Below are positions 40,242-51,362 of a stretch of 64,000 nucleotides of DNA, in pieces. The position numbers and the translations under genes are program-made. Position 1 is the first letter of the stretch. Every line of letters begins with the position of its first letter. Under the pieces are notes generated by a model. The model made no database searches and was not told where the DNA came from. It saw nothing but the letters and a program-made list of their open reading frames with translations. Source of the stretch: an uncultured virus (IMG/VR IMGVR_UViG_3300042517_001086) (lineage: Duplodnaviria > Heunggongvirae > Uroviricota > Caudoviricetes); IMG/VR virus record IMGVR_UViG_3300042517_001086; one strand, 5' to 3'.

Positions 40242-40446
40242 GTTCTTTAGTATACCCCCAAAACTTTGGTTTGATATGAATTTCTGGAGTTCTTTCTATA
40301 ATAATCCTTGCTGGCTTGTTTGACAACTTTTTTAGTCTTTGAATATCTGAATAAAGTAGGAAGTTAAATCCTAGTGAAGTTAGGAATAATCCTGCAAAAA
40401 TAGCCGTTAATGGTTGAAGTCTCATCAGAATCCTTCCTGTTTAAAG

Positions 40447-40522
40447 TAGGGCGAGTTGGAGTCGAACCAACCTATGAACACCTTATAAGAGTGTCGGATG
40501 CAACCGGCTTACCTTCCGCCCC
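40447..40522 (-). tRNA. trnI: tRNA-Ile(UAU)
   Basis: GGGGCGG/TCGCCCT-A acceptor, ACACT-CT-TAT-AA-GGTGT anticodon arm, GTTGG-TTCGACT-CCAAC. Confidence 0.8.
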
Positions 40523-40532
40523 GTGTTGAGTT

Positions 40533-40561
40533 ATTGTATCATATCGACCAACCACTGTCAA
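40533..40561 (-). promoter_or_regulatory. sigma70 promoter for tRNA-Ile/tmRNA
   Basis: TTGACA-N17-TACAAT. Confidence 0.8.
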
Positions 40562-40723
40562 GACCTTTAGGAATTTTGTTGAGACTCTAGTTGATTTAAT
40601 CTTTGACTAATTTTATCTAGAGCTAATGCTGCATCTCCACAAGCCTTACACAAGTCAGAATATAAATATTCTTTCAAGTCATGAATTTGATCTTTTAGTT
40701 GTTGTATTTCTTCTTTTGACATA

Positions 40724-41074
40724 TTATTTAATAGTGTTGAATGTTTCGTTTGATTCAGGATGCCAAAAAATCATCTCATTAGAGTCATCGTCCCATGCAC
40801 ACTCTATTTTTCCAGACGAGGCTACTTGGCTCAGGCTTGAGTTGTAAATCCATTTTTTAATCTCGGCACAAAGATGATCATAGTTACATTCAGAAATTAT
40901 GAACTCATCATTATATCCTGGTTCAATATATTTTCTAACCAAGTTTTCTGCTTGAGCTAATGAAATCAAGTTGTCTACCTGATGATGGTATGATCTGGGA
41001 AAAACCATTACTACGTTTTTTCTAATGCTTTTAGTAAAAAGATTGACGTTCCTAATATTCAAATAGTTACTCAT
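40724..41074 (-). CDS. hypothetical protein, paralogue family
   Basis: VASSGKIECAWDDDSNEMIFW. Confidence 0.65.
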   Translation of the reverse strand: MSNYLNIRNVNLFTKSIRKNVVMVFPRSYHHQVDNLISLAQAENLVRKYIEPGYNDEFIISECNYDHLCAEIKKWIYNSSLSQVASSGKIECAWDDDSNEMIFWHPESNETFNTIK

Positions 41075-41438
41075 CATTGTCCTTTGAGGGTTTTGCAGAA
41101 ATACTTGTCTTGTCTTTATTTGCCAACCAAAAAACCATGTCGTTAGACTCGTTATCCCAAGCACATTCTACGAATCCTTTTGAAGCAAGTTTAGCTAGAC
41201 CAACTCCATAAAGCCAATCTCTAATATCATTGAATACATCATCAAAAATCTGTTCGTTGATAAGATAATTACCTTCTTCGTCAAGTCCAAGGTTATTTTT
41301 TTTGATCAAGTTAATTACCTGACCAATAGAGATAAATTCATCCAAATTTTCTGTATAGTCTTTTTCAAAAGAGGATGCAGCACCCTCTCTCATAGCTTTG
41401 GCATAACCTTCCAAGTCAATAATACTATAGCTTTCCAT
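41067..41438 (-). CDS. hypothetical protein, paralogue family
   Basis: LASKGFVECAWDNESNDMVFW. Confidence 0.65.
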   Translation of the reverse strand: MESYSIIDLEGYAKAMREGAASSFEKDYTENLDEFISIGQVINLIKKNNLGLDEEGNYLINEQIFDDVFNDIRDWLYGVGLAKLASKGFVECAWDNESNDMVFWLANKDKTSISAKPSKDNDE

Positions 41439-41731
41439 CGTTTCTTCCAATTAAAGATATTTTGTAGTACCCTTGCCACTCTCGTTAATTTTACACCGCT
41501 CCAACAGATTGTCAATAGTGTTCTGCAAACTATACTCCCCTCTACTTAGCCACTTTTTATCCTCATAAAGAGCAGTGGTAATTTGAGGCAGATAGAATTG
41601 GATAGCTCGTTCAAATTCTTCTGGAAAATAAGTCTTTAAAATACGCTCAATATGATAGAGACTGTTTACTATCTTATCTCTATTGTCAAGCAGAATATTG
41701 ATTTGATCTTTTTGTTCTTGAGTAAGAGACA

Positions 41732-42136
41732 TTACGCCTCCACCTTTGGTTTAAGTTTCATAAGCTTATGCTTAATTTTCCAAACATGAGTCTCTTTGTT
41801 CTGAATATCTGGCCCCATATAAATGTGACAGAAGCCTTGGTGCTTGTCCAGACCCCATGCTTTAATTCCATGCTGGTCAATCCCTTCCACAACAAAACGA
41901 CCCCTATAACCCATCGGGATGAACTCAGCACCCCTCACAAAGTATGGGCCTCCACCAACTCTAATTCTATCTCCTTTAATCAGTTCCTTCCAATTAAAGT
42001 CACGAATAATCTTTGTGTTCTTTGCTTCTTTGCTCTTTGCCTTAAAAACGAACGGAGCATTGCACTTAGGACACATATAAGCTCGCGGGCCTGTGGTAGC
42101 TCCACATTTTTCACAAGTTTTTTGACCCTTACCCAT
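41732..42136 (-). CDS. Zn-ribbon plus beta-barrel protein
   Basis: KTCEKCG...MCPKC; promoter TTGACA-N16-TATACT at 42200-42173. Confidence 0.6.
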   Translation of the reverse strand: MGKGQKTCEKCGATTGPRAYMCPKCNAPFVFKAKSKEAKNTKIIRDFNWKELIKGDRIRVGGGPYFVRGAEFIPMGYRGRFVVEGIDQHGIKAWGLDKHQGFCHIYMGPDIQNKETHVWKIKHKLMKLKPKVEA

Positions 42137-42246
42137 TTTCTTTTCTCCTGTGTTTGTTGACGTTACACCCTAAGTATATCTCACTTATCGGCACTGTCAA
42201 GAGGGAATCTTTAGAGTATTCTCGATTTTTTGATTTAGTCACTAAT

Positions 42247-42654
42247 TTAGATAATATAGCCTTCTTTTTCTGCTTCACTATCACAAAGAGTTTTTATCCA
42301 TGCCATAACCGGCTCTCCTTCATTGTCTCTTCTTTGTTTACGAAGCTTTCCTTTTTCTCCAGTAACTTCACAAGTTGTATAACTCATACTTTCTGCCATA
42401 TCTATTGCTCCTTTGATAAAATCATCAGCGCCATAAGCATAGGCTCTTAGCCCACCAAACTTTTCCTTAATTTGACTCCAACAGAAAAAATCTAGAGGCT
42501 CATTAGTCTTTTGCTTGTAATGAAGACGATTATCTACAATATAACATAGCTTGGATAGGATATTAAACCAACCATCCCCACATTCTATCCATGTAAGATT
42601 TTTAAACTGTTCAGGATAGGCTGAGATTAATTTAGCTGTTAGTTCAGGACTCAT
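42247..42654 (-). CDS. conserved phage protein (GW...QIKEKFGGLR...CE.TG family)
   Basis: ECGDGW, QIKEKFGGLRAY, CEVTG, IKTLC. Confidence 0.65.
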   Translation of the reverse strand: MSPELTAKLISAYPEQFKNLTWIECGDGWFNILSKLCYIVDNRLHYKQKTNEPLDFFCWSQIKEKFGGLRAYAYGADDFIKGAIDMAESMSYTTCEVTGEKGKLRKQRRDNEGEPVMAWIKTLCDSEAEKEGYII

Positions 42655-43396
42655 TGTAATCTACCTTGTGTATAATTCGTGTTCCAAGATGAGCGTTACT
42701 TAATTCTGTACTATCGTTAAGAGATTCATCACAAAGTCTTTCAAATTCTTTTCTGTCAATCTTTCGACCATCAAGAATAGTTTCTTCAAGATGTTTTTGA
42801 GTCAGCTCTTCTGGCTTATCAATCAATACAGTATCATAAGCGTGTTCAAGATTCTTAGCTTCAATCACATACTTATGTCGAAACAAAGAAACGGTATTAA
42901 CTTCAAAAAGTGGCATAATAATCTCCTTAGTCTATGTTGATATTATATTCATTAACTAATCTGTGAAATTCTGATCTAATCTTGTCAAGAGCATCACCCG
43001 CATCGGTAAAATCATTGCTATATTTCTGCCAAGACCGTAATTGTTGAGAAAAATCCCACAACATTCTTTTAGCATCATTGGCTTTAACAGCCGTATCAAA
43101 CTCGTACTGTTCTTCTGGTAGTTTAAATTTTAAAGTTGCTATTGGCATAATTCACCACTTCTTTTTAAGATCGTCTGGTCTTTTGTCTGGATCTGGAATA
43201 ATAGTCAAAACATTGTTTCTGAAAGTTGTCATATAGCTTTGAGAAATCTTTCGCTTCAACAATCCCTCTTCTTCAATCTGAGTATAAACATTAATTCGAT
43301 AATAGTCATGGAATACATTAATAACTTTAGTCATCAAATGATTTTTAGGTTTCTCAACCTGCTTAAACAATAGTCCCTCAAGCTCAAATTCATTAG

Positions 43397-43615
43397 TCAT
43401 CTAGCTCTCCTGTTTGCTCTGTTCAAAATCCTAATAGTCTCTTTAGCATTGCTTGGAACCATAACCAGGCTTGGTGCGGTCTTATGTCCCCAATCCATAT
43501 ATCCAACAGCTTTTTGTTCTGCTGAACATTCCTTACATACAATATTTCTATTAGTTTCTACAAGAAACTCATATCTTTCAACACCAACACAATTTTTGCA
43601 ATAAATGCAATTCAT
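43397..43615 (-). CDS. DksA/TraR-like C4 zinc-finger protein
   Basis: CIYC....ERYEFL......CKEC spacing. Confidence 0.5.
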   Translation of the reverse strand: MNCIYCKNCVGVERYEFLVETNRNIVCKECSAEQKAVGYMDWGHKTAPSLVMVPSNAKETIRILNRANRRAR

Positions 43616-43989
43616 AGTTTCTCCAAAATGACGCGGCAACAACTCATGTTTTATACCACAAGTATCGGAGTTGTCAACAGGCAGACTTTAGAAACTATTT
43701 GTGTTTCTTTTTCTTTTTTATATTTCTGTCTAGATGGTCTAAATATAGATTCTGATGAAGCTGTTCTTGTTTCTCTTTTTCTTTGCGTAGTTTTTTATGT
43801 TTTTTATCTTCTACTAGTTTGATTTTAATAGCTTTTGTGCCAGAATATATCATGAAAAGAGGAACAAATAAAAATATCAAGAGTATAACATACGAAAAAT
43901 AAAACAATATCTTAATTAAGTACCCTAAAAAAATAATACAGTAATATGAAAACGGAGCTTCTCTCTCAAAATATTCCATCCACTCTGGT

Positions 43990-44451
43990 TCAAACATAAG
44001 GAATGTCTACCATGTGTTCAATCTTGATGGTTTTAGTAGGACAAACAAAGTTTCCATCATCATCACTATAATAGATATTATTTAATCCCACAGCATTTAA
44101 TAGCTTAGAGCAATTAACACATGGCTTGCTTCCAAGGATCAATCCCTGTCTGTTAATTCGTAAGACACATACGCTCCAATTAGGATCAATGGAGTTATAG
44201 CGATCAAGTAATTTAGAAATAAGATGAGATTCACTATGTACATAAGGATACTCCAAATATTTGGGGATATTAAATCTTTTGCCAATCCTAAATGCTTTGG
44301 TACTCATTTTAACAGGATTGTTCTGAGCAAATTCTATCATCTTGTTACCATCAAAAGCAGCACAATAATGATAACAACGAACAAGAGGATTCGGTTCCCA
44401 ATTTTCGTAGGCTTTCTTAATGGTCTTGTGAATTATTTTCATTACTTTCAT
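43990..44451 (-). CDS. cytidine/dCMP deaminase-fold protein
   Basis: HSE...SKPCVNC zinc motifs, IYYS. Confidence 0.8.
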   Translation of the reverse strand: MKVMKIIHKTIKKAYENWEPNPLVRCYHYCAAFDGNKMIEFAQNNPVKMSTKAFRIGKRFNIPKYLEYPYVHSESHLISKLLDRYNSIDPNWSVCVLRINRQGLILGSKPCVNCSKLLNAVGLNNIYYSDDDGNFVCPTKTIKIEHMVDIPYV

Positions 44452-44941
44452 CCAATAGTCTATTTATTTTATCCAAATCTATAGGAGTATAAGTATCATC
44501 ATTATCTTGACCATAAGCATCCCATTCAGTTTTATTTAATGGGGGTAGTCTGTGTTTAGTAACCTCTTTTGGTGTTGGAGTTTCTGGATTAAGTTTGATT
44601 CTTTTAGGTTCTTTCATAAGTACCTCTTTATTTTGAAGCTAACATATACAGTCCAACATTAGCTGCTGCATAACCAAGATAGGCTATAAACATACCATAG
44701 TTACTATGTAGATAACCTTGTTCAATGGCTATATAAAGATATATTATACCAGTAATAAGAATAAGGTTAGCCGACATTTTAGTTCTTCTCTATGGGGATA
44801 TAGCGAGAGCCATCGGGAGCAGTTTGTTCCTGACCAATAGTAATCTTCTTATCTTCCTTCAGCAAGTTAATGATTGCTTGAGTATTGACATTGGGACTAA
44901 TTGAAATTGCACCGATTTGAGCCATAATTATCTCCTTATAT

Positions 44942-45853
44942 TTAAGAAACACAGTTTAGTAACGAATCATATTTTGCAAGAGCCAAGTCTTTTGCTTTTA
45001 GTTCTAGATCAATATCAAACTCAAGACCATAATTATCAAAAGTATTTTCTGGATAATCTGCGTGCGCTCTTGGATTATTTCCTTCTCTACTTTCACTATA
45101 ATGAAAAAGCGGTCTAGTTTGCCAAGTATCCCAACACATATTAATAGCCTCACGTTCTGTAAGACCATTTGGGTGGCACTTATGATGTAAATAGTCGAAA
45201 CATATTGGAATACGAGTAATCGGATGGAAGATATCTACTAATTCTTTCACACTCCAGCAGTTAAGTTTGTCATCGTTTTCGATTGTGATGCGAGCCTGAC
45301 AGTTATTGTCCAGTTTCTTAAAGTTGTTGTAGAACCTGTGAGCAATTTCTTCTCTGGTTCCATTATTATTATGAATATGGAAATTCATTGGAGATCTACG
45401 ATCTGCTGGAAGTCCAATTCTGTCAAAGAAACTGCTGTAGAAATTGAGTTCTGTAATGGTTTTTTCGATAACTTTTTCGTTGAGACTAGCCAGACTGTTA
45501 AATTCACTTGGATGAGCAGAAACACGAACGCTAGTAGAGGAAATAGTTTCTGAAAGATTGTCAAACGCATCTTGTATTTCGTCATAATTAGGCAAATCTT
45601 CAAGACTCACATTAGCCTCATCGTAAGTAATAAGAGGAAAAATGTCGCTACTAACACGATAAACATAATTGTTTTCTGCACAAAATTGAATTGTTTTATT
45701 GGTTACTTCTAGATTGTTTTTGATTCTATCACCAAGAATCTCTAGTGCTTCTTCTCGCGGCAAAGAACTGAATCGTTTAAAGGTCATAGTCTGATGACCA
45801 AATCCCTGTTCTTTCAACTTGAGGGATATGCAGCAAAGTCCAAGTTTATTCAT
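44942..45853 (-). CDS. uvsE: UV damage endonuclease
   Basis: LGLCC, YRVSSDIFP, SAHP, IENDDK, FDYLHH, HYSES, AHADY, LELKAKD; ATG at 45853. Confidence 0.92.
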   Translation of the reverse strand: MNKLGLCCISLKLKEQGFGHQTMTFKRFSSLPREEALEILGDRIKNNLEVTNKTIQFCAENNYVYRVSSDIFPLITYDEANVSLEDLPNYDEIQDAFDNLSETISSTSVRVSAHPSEFNSLASLNEKVIEKTITELNFYSSFFDRIGLPADRRSPMNFHIHNNNGTREEIAHRFYNNFKKLDNNCQARITIENDDKLNCWSVKELVDIFHPITRIPICFDYLHHKCHPNGLTEREAINMCWDTWQTRPLFHYSESREGNNPRAHADYPENTFDNYGLEFDIDLELKAKDLALAKYDSLLNCVS

Positions 45854-45871
45854 AGTGTCTCCTGTGCCGGA

Positions 45872-45900
45872 ATTATATCCTAGTATCGTCAAGTTGTCAA
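45872..45900 (-). promoter_or_regulatory. sigma70 early promoter (uvsE)
   Basis: TTGACA-N17-TATAAT. Confidence 0.85.
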
Positions 45901-45914
45901 GCCAGACTTGAGAA

Positions 45915-46550
45915 TTATTCGTATTCAACCAGCAATGCTTGTCGAATAGGATCAGTAAGATTATGACGATCTAGATAAAAAGATAGATCGGGATTAAAAG
46001 TATTAGGCATATGTTCTAATACTCTTTGTGAGTATATTGGACGTTTTGGTCGTAGTCTTAATTCTCTATTGAGATGATAACTCCATAAATACGCATTAGT
46101 TGCTCGTATATATTTATCTGTGTCAAAATCTTCGATAGGACAATTTTTGACCAGTTTTAAAACTCTTTTTTCACAATCATGTTCTATCTCTAAAATATCG
46201 TGTAGACTTTTGTCTAGTTCTTCTGTAGTGACTTTGTAGTCTTTAATAAAAGCACTAGCAACCAAAGAAGGATAACTAATCCAATCAAAAAGAATATCAT
46301 ATGTTTCCATACTTCTATCCCACAATTTACGATCAGTTTTCCATTGAAGGAAATGACAGTATTCATGAATAAGTATTTCAAAACCCATGTGATGCTTCAT
46401 GGCTACCGCGAATTCTTTTTCATTATCCTCTATAGAACACCATCCACCACAAGCTCCCTCTAATTCTTCTTGATTGTATAGCAAAACAGAGAATCCATGA
46501 TCAAGCAATTCTCTAACTATTTTAATTGTTAAATTAGATTTAGTTTCCAT
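45915..46550 (-). CDS. HEXXH zinc-metallopeptidase-like protein
   Basis: ILIHEYCHFLQW with a downstream E.DCE. Confidence 0.65.
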   Translation of the reverse strand: METKSNLTIKIVRELLDHGFSVLLYNQEELEGACGGWCSIEDNEKEFAVAMKHHMGFEILIHEYCHFLQWKTDRKLWDRSMETYDILFDWISYPSLVASAFIKDYKVTTEELDKSLHDILEIEHDCEKRVLKLVKNCPIEDFDTDKYIRATNAYLWSYHLNRELRLRPKRPIYSQRVLEHMPNTFNPDLSFYLDRHNLTDPIRQALLVEYE

Positions 46551-46735
46551 TGTTTATACTAATTGTCCTTGTTCATTAACAACAGAATAGATTTTCATTA
46601 CTTTGAGATCTGGTTCAAAATATTCATGAAATTTTTGTATCGCTGCTTCTCTTGAAGATTCAAAAAAAGAACCATGAAGAATAAGTTTTTGTCCGTCTGA
46701 GTCTTGTAATTGTCCGGTAACAATAAGCTCTTTCT

Positions 46736-47368
46736 TTACCATCCTAATGCCTCCGATACAGTAGGAAATTGTTCTGAAAAAATTCTTTTTGCTTCTTCTG
46801 CAATAAGCATATGTTCTTTTTGAGTCCCATTAGAAGATCGTAATTCTATGTAGTGAATCCATGATCTGATATTTCCATGAATATATAAACGAGTAGGAGT
46901 TGCCAATGGTAGAATAAATCTAGCACACTCTTTAGCTATTCCATCAGCTATCATTCCATCGTAAATAGATTTAGCCTTAGCAAAATGTTCTCTAATTCTC
47001 ATACCCCATTTAGCCCTAACTTCATCTGGAATATCATCTATACTATTTTGACGATTTTTATCGTCTTGTCTGCGTAATTCAAATAATGGAATTTCTTCTG
47101 CTAATAGTGTCGTGTCTGCATATCTCTGAGAAAACTCTTGAAAATTAAAGCTTCTATGTCTAAGAATTTGAGCCGCTATTCCTCTTGTGGTATTCACCTC
47201 AAGACCCATACTCGCCATTTCAAATATCGACCAATGTTTATTTTTAATACAGTAAGCTAATAGTTTTGCGTAATTATCTGAATCCTGATTTTTCGGGTTA
47301 CTGACCCTCGCACAATAGCTCATTAGTTTTTCTGCGTCTGGAGTTACACTAATTAGTTTTACACTCAT
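46736..47368 (-). CDS. thyX: flavin-dependent thymidylate synthase
   Basis: HWSIFE, QILRHRSF.FQEFSQRY, ECARFILP, GNIRSWIH, TQKEH. Confidence 0.95.
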   Translation of the reverse strand: MSVKLISVTPDAEKLMSYCARVSNPKNQDSDNYAKLLAYCIKNKHWSIFEMASMGLEVNTTRGIAAQILRHRSFNFQEFSQRYADTTLLAEEIPLFELRRQDDKNRQNSIDDIPDEVRAKWGMRIREHFAKAKSIYDGMIADGIAKECARFILPLATPTRLYIHGNIRSWIHYIELRSSNGTQKEHMLIAEEAKRIFSEQFPTVSEALGW

Positions 47369-47600
47369 ATTTGATCCTCCGTATATAATATTTCAAACTC
47401 TTCTAATGGACAAAGTTCTTCATCCCAAAAACCATTTCTTAAACCTCTACCAAGTATATGTCCTGCTTTTAGCCAAGTATTATGATAGCTATCAAGAGTC
47501 ATTCTTTTGGTAATTCTGCCCCAATCACATATTGTAGCATCAAAAACTTCTGTTCCAGCATCAAACCATTCGTCTGATTTAGACACAAATTTGACATACA

Positions 47601-48254
47601 TTATTCTTTTGCCTCTTTAAATTCATAAAAGTATTCTTCTTCTTCTGATTTGCTTACCCACCTACTACCAGTATGCTCACAACTAAATTCTTTGCTAAAA
47701 ACTTTCCAATCTGGTTTCTTGTCAAATGTTCTACTGATAAAACTTCCTCCATCCATCCACAGTACCCTATTGTTTGGTTGTATAAAAAATTGTCCACCTT
47801 CACCTAAGAATACATGACCACATTTATGACCAGCAGCCATTTCACCATAACCAGATTTGTACTGTGGGCCAAAACACCAATCTAAAGTAAACAAATATTT
47901 GGATCTATGTAATGAATGATCCTTTAGCATTATTTTAGCTGCTCTGTTTTTTGTATATTCATTAATATTGCACGACACATAGTAGCTCATACTATCCCAC
48001 AGTTGTATCCAGTCCAATGGATATTCGCTACCTCCCTCATCATTACCTCTTAGATAATGAATTGGAACTCTGGCGTGTTGACTTCCATATTCTGTCATAA
48101 TAGAAAACATACCACATCTTTGTGGGATGCTGGTGAAGCTAAAAACTTCAACCACTATTCTTTCATTTTTGACATTAGGGAGTTCATCGTTTAGAAAGCC
48201 CGTATCAAGAAAACACCAAAATGGAGGAATGTCTATATTTAGGTAATTGCTCAC
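47601..48254 (-). CDS. conserved phage hypothetical protein
   Basis: likely GTG start at 48254; QLWD, YLFTLDW, HKCGH, QPNNR motifs. Confidence 0.6.
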   Translation of the reverse strand: MSNYLNIDIPPFWCFLDTGFLNDELPNVKNERIVVEVFSFTSIPQRCGMFSIMTEYGSQHARVPIHYLRGNDEGGSEYPLDWIQLWDSMSYYVSCNINEYTKNRAAKIMLKDHSLHRSKYLFTLDWCFGPQYKSGYGEMAAGHKCGHVFLGEGGQFFIQPNNRVLWMDGGSFISRTFDKKPDWKVFSKEFSCEHTGSRWVSKSEEEEYFYEFKEAKE

Positions 48255-50871
48255 GGTACTGTTCTTTCTGAAGGAATATTTGGCTCCTGTAAATTCCACA
48301 TAGGATTAGCACCAAAGTATATCTCATGACTATCTACATGAATACACTCTCTTGTTGAGAACAAATCTACTACCCAAATAGTATTAATGTCTGGCCCATA
48401 ATCTATAACCAATCTAGCAAAACCTTCTCCTTTTGGAGTAAAAACATTGATAGGAGGATTTAATTGCAAAATATACATTAATAATCGCTCACTGTAAATT
48501 TAACATCGGCTTTTTCTTCTTTAAACTTGGTTTGATGTTCAACCCATTTATCTTCTGTCATATGATTAAAAATAGCGGTAGCTACTTTGCTAACACTTTT
48601 TGCTACTCCACTAGCATCCGGCCCAGCATCTAACTTAGCCCAATAATAAAGACCATCTTCCTTGTCTTTAATTACTTCATAACCCTGTGTTTTAGCCCAT
48701 TTTTTGATTTCGGAGATCATCATATTAACAACTCATGTTACCAGACTTGGGTGGTTTGTCAACATACTTTCTTGTGGTTGGATCGTAATTTTCTATAGGT
48801 TTATCATAATGCTTCCATGCTTTTTCATGTCGCAAAGCAATGATCTCTTTTTCTTGCTCAAATATTCTTTTCTTTTGATATTCAATTAACTTATATAGCT
48901 CAATGATGTAATCTAAAACCTGCTGTCCTTTATATTGTGACAGGATACTGCTGACTTTAGACAAATTCATAGGCTCATACTTGAGTGTCATATCGTAATC
49001 GTCTGGATTCCAGTTAGGATCATATGCCTCGCTCATTTTTGCATAGCCTCTTCATGGGAAATTGTTCTCTTATGATCAAATCCCATAGAGAATCCCTGCA
49101 TATAAACAGTTTTAAGTAGACGAGAATTTTCTCCAACAAGTTGTCTATTATCTTTTGCCCAAAGAACAAAACTTTTCTCTTCATCGCAAATATCAGACAA
49201 GTCTGGATAATAAATATCATCAAACCAATAATAATGTTTTTGTAGCATAGTATCTAATGCTATAAATACTGGTGGTTTTGGATCATAACTATGGTCTATT
49301 GCTGATATAACAAGCTCATCCATAAACACATTAACAATCTTGTCTCCAACCTTTAATCCCATAGCCAAATCAAGACGCATTAGTAGTCTCCTTACTAAAT
49401 TGATCCATATATGAATTGTAGGCATCTTCTAGATTTTCAATAAGCTTAAATTTCCAGATTGGAGCCTTGTTCCATTCTGTACTCTCGTCAATGCTTTCAA
49501 TCAAACACTGTAATGCTTTTTCTGTGCCTATTGTTTCTAATGCTTTTTTAATTTGGTCTTTATTAGTCATCCCATCCTCTTGTATAAATAACTTCCTGCC
49601 CAATCACACTCATCAATAAGTTTTTTGTGGTCATGAAATAGATTGTATCTAGCATCTTTATATGGAGCTTTATAGCTTGCTGGCTTATAAACATCTCCGG
49701 TGTTTTTATCTACGAAAGCATGAATAGTCTCAACACCTTCCCAAACTTGAGTAATCTTGTAGTATTTCTTATTCTCTTTGAAGAAATAATAAACAGCTTG
49801 TTCATCTCCATAGGTCTGTTTTTTAGCTTTTACTTCAAGAGCATCTAACCATATGTTAATATGGTCATGAAAATTAGTAGCTGTAGAGTTCACCAGTTAA
49901 CCCCTAAAAAATAACCAAAAACAAAAAATACAATAATCACTAAAGTTAGTTCGATTAACCAAGTAAAATCCCAATCCATCCAGTTCCTCATTCTATCTTA
50001 TCGGTTTTCTCTTGTCAAGACTTCAAGCAAAACCAATTCTTTGCTTTGTTGTAGATAGAGTGCTTTCAATTTCATAGTCAGCAAAACTCTTGCAGTCATA
50101 ACTTCGTCCATTCCACCAGCCAATTTCATAGCTGATCGAATTATTTCCACGAATATTAATCCCTGTTACCTTGCCGAATACATCTTCAGCCAGTTTAACG
50201 TCAGTACCAATAGCAAAAACTTCTGTCTTATCTTTCATTATTATCTCCATTTTCTATCCATAGGTTGTGGTCGAACATCGGCGGCTTGTCTTGATCTAAT
50301 AGCGATCTGCGTTCTTCTCGCAAAGAACCTATTTCTTTTCTTTGGGTTCTAATCTCATTTTTAAGAGACTCTATTGTATATTTTTGCTGTTCTATTGTTT
50401 TTTCCAGACGATTGATATAAGTATCTATATCAAAAAATGGATCTTTTTTATCTAACTGTTTCATGATTCCATGCTTTTTCTAGATAGCTTAGTGTTGTAT
50501 CGGTTTTGTTATCGTTATAAAAACAATCTAAGTCTGTTGAGATTAATTCTCTATGCTTATCGGGCCAAACTTCTGATAAGGAATTCATAACTGTTTGACC
50601 ATACCTTAAACCATACTTTTTAAGATCATGATCAATTTTGTTTTTAAAATCAGAGTAGGTCACTTATGTCTCTTTTTAAGAAGAGTCACAATATCTCCGG
50701 CGGTATCTACAACATTGTTCCCGCCAAGATAATACTGTCCAGTAATCTGAATCATTTCATCCAAAGTATCTTCAGCATTATAAAGTCTGGCCCACTTTGG
50801 CTTATATTCAGCTTTCATATAATTCCAAACACTATTATAGAAATCACAAATAGCTTGATTTACTGACTCGT

Positions 50872-51029
50872 TCATTGCTTTTCCTTTTTAGTAGATGATT
50901 CGTCTTTCACTTCTAGTTTAACGTCCTCTGGTTCCTTTGTCAAGCCCTCTGGTTGCTCGTTATAAGGGCAGTTAAAGCATCCAAGGGGCAGCAGTACCCT
51001 CTTTTTAATAGGAACTCCCTAGATAGCAT
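50872..51029 (-). pseudogene. frameshifted small Cys-rich protein (DUF5522-like)
   Basis: MLSREFLLKRGYCC continues as LGCFNCPY...EKQ* only if one base is added in the CCCC run at about 50985-50988. Confidence 0.6.
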
Positions 51030-51362
51030 CAACCTGTTCGCTCTGAGGATATTCTTTGATAGTCCATCCTAGCTGTAGTAAGTCTGATCGAATTTCATCA
51101 GTAACAAAACTCTCCCCAACATATCCATCATGATGATTACCTATTCCAGAACAATACCAATCAATATAACTCTCTCCCTTATTTCTTATATCTGCAATAA
51201 CACCCCCAGCATATCTCCAAGAACAACTCCATTCTTCATCATTCTTGTAGAATAAATTATTGCACATGGCGGAATATAAATTTTGGCTGTAAGATTCGCT
51301 GTTAACACATTTGTCTGTAATATAATCCGATTTGATAAGATCGTGTTCTAAACTAACTGTTC

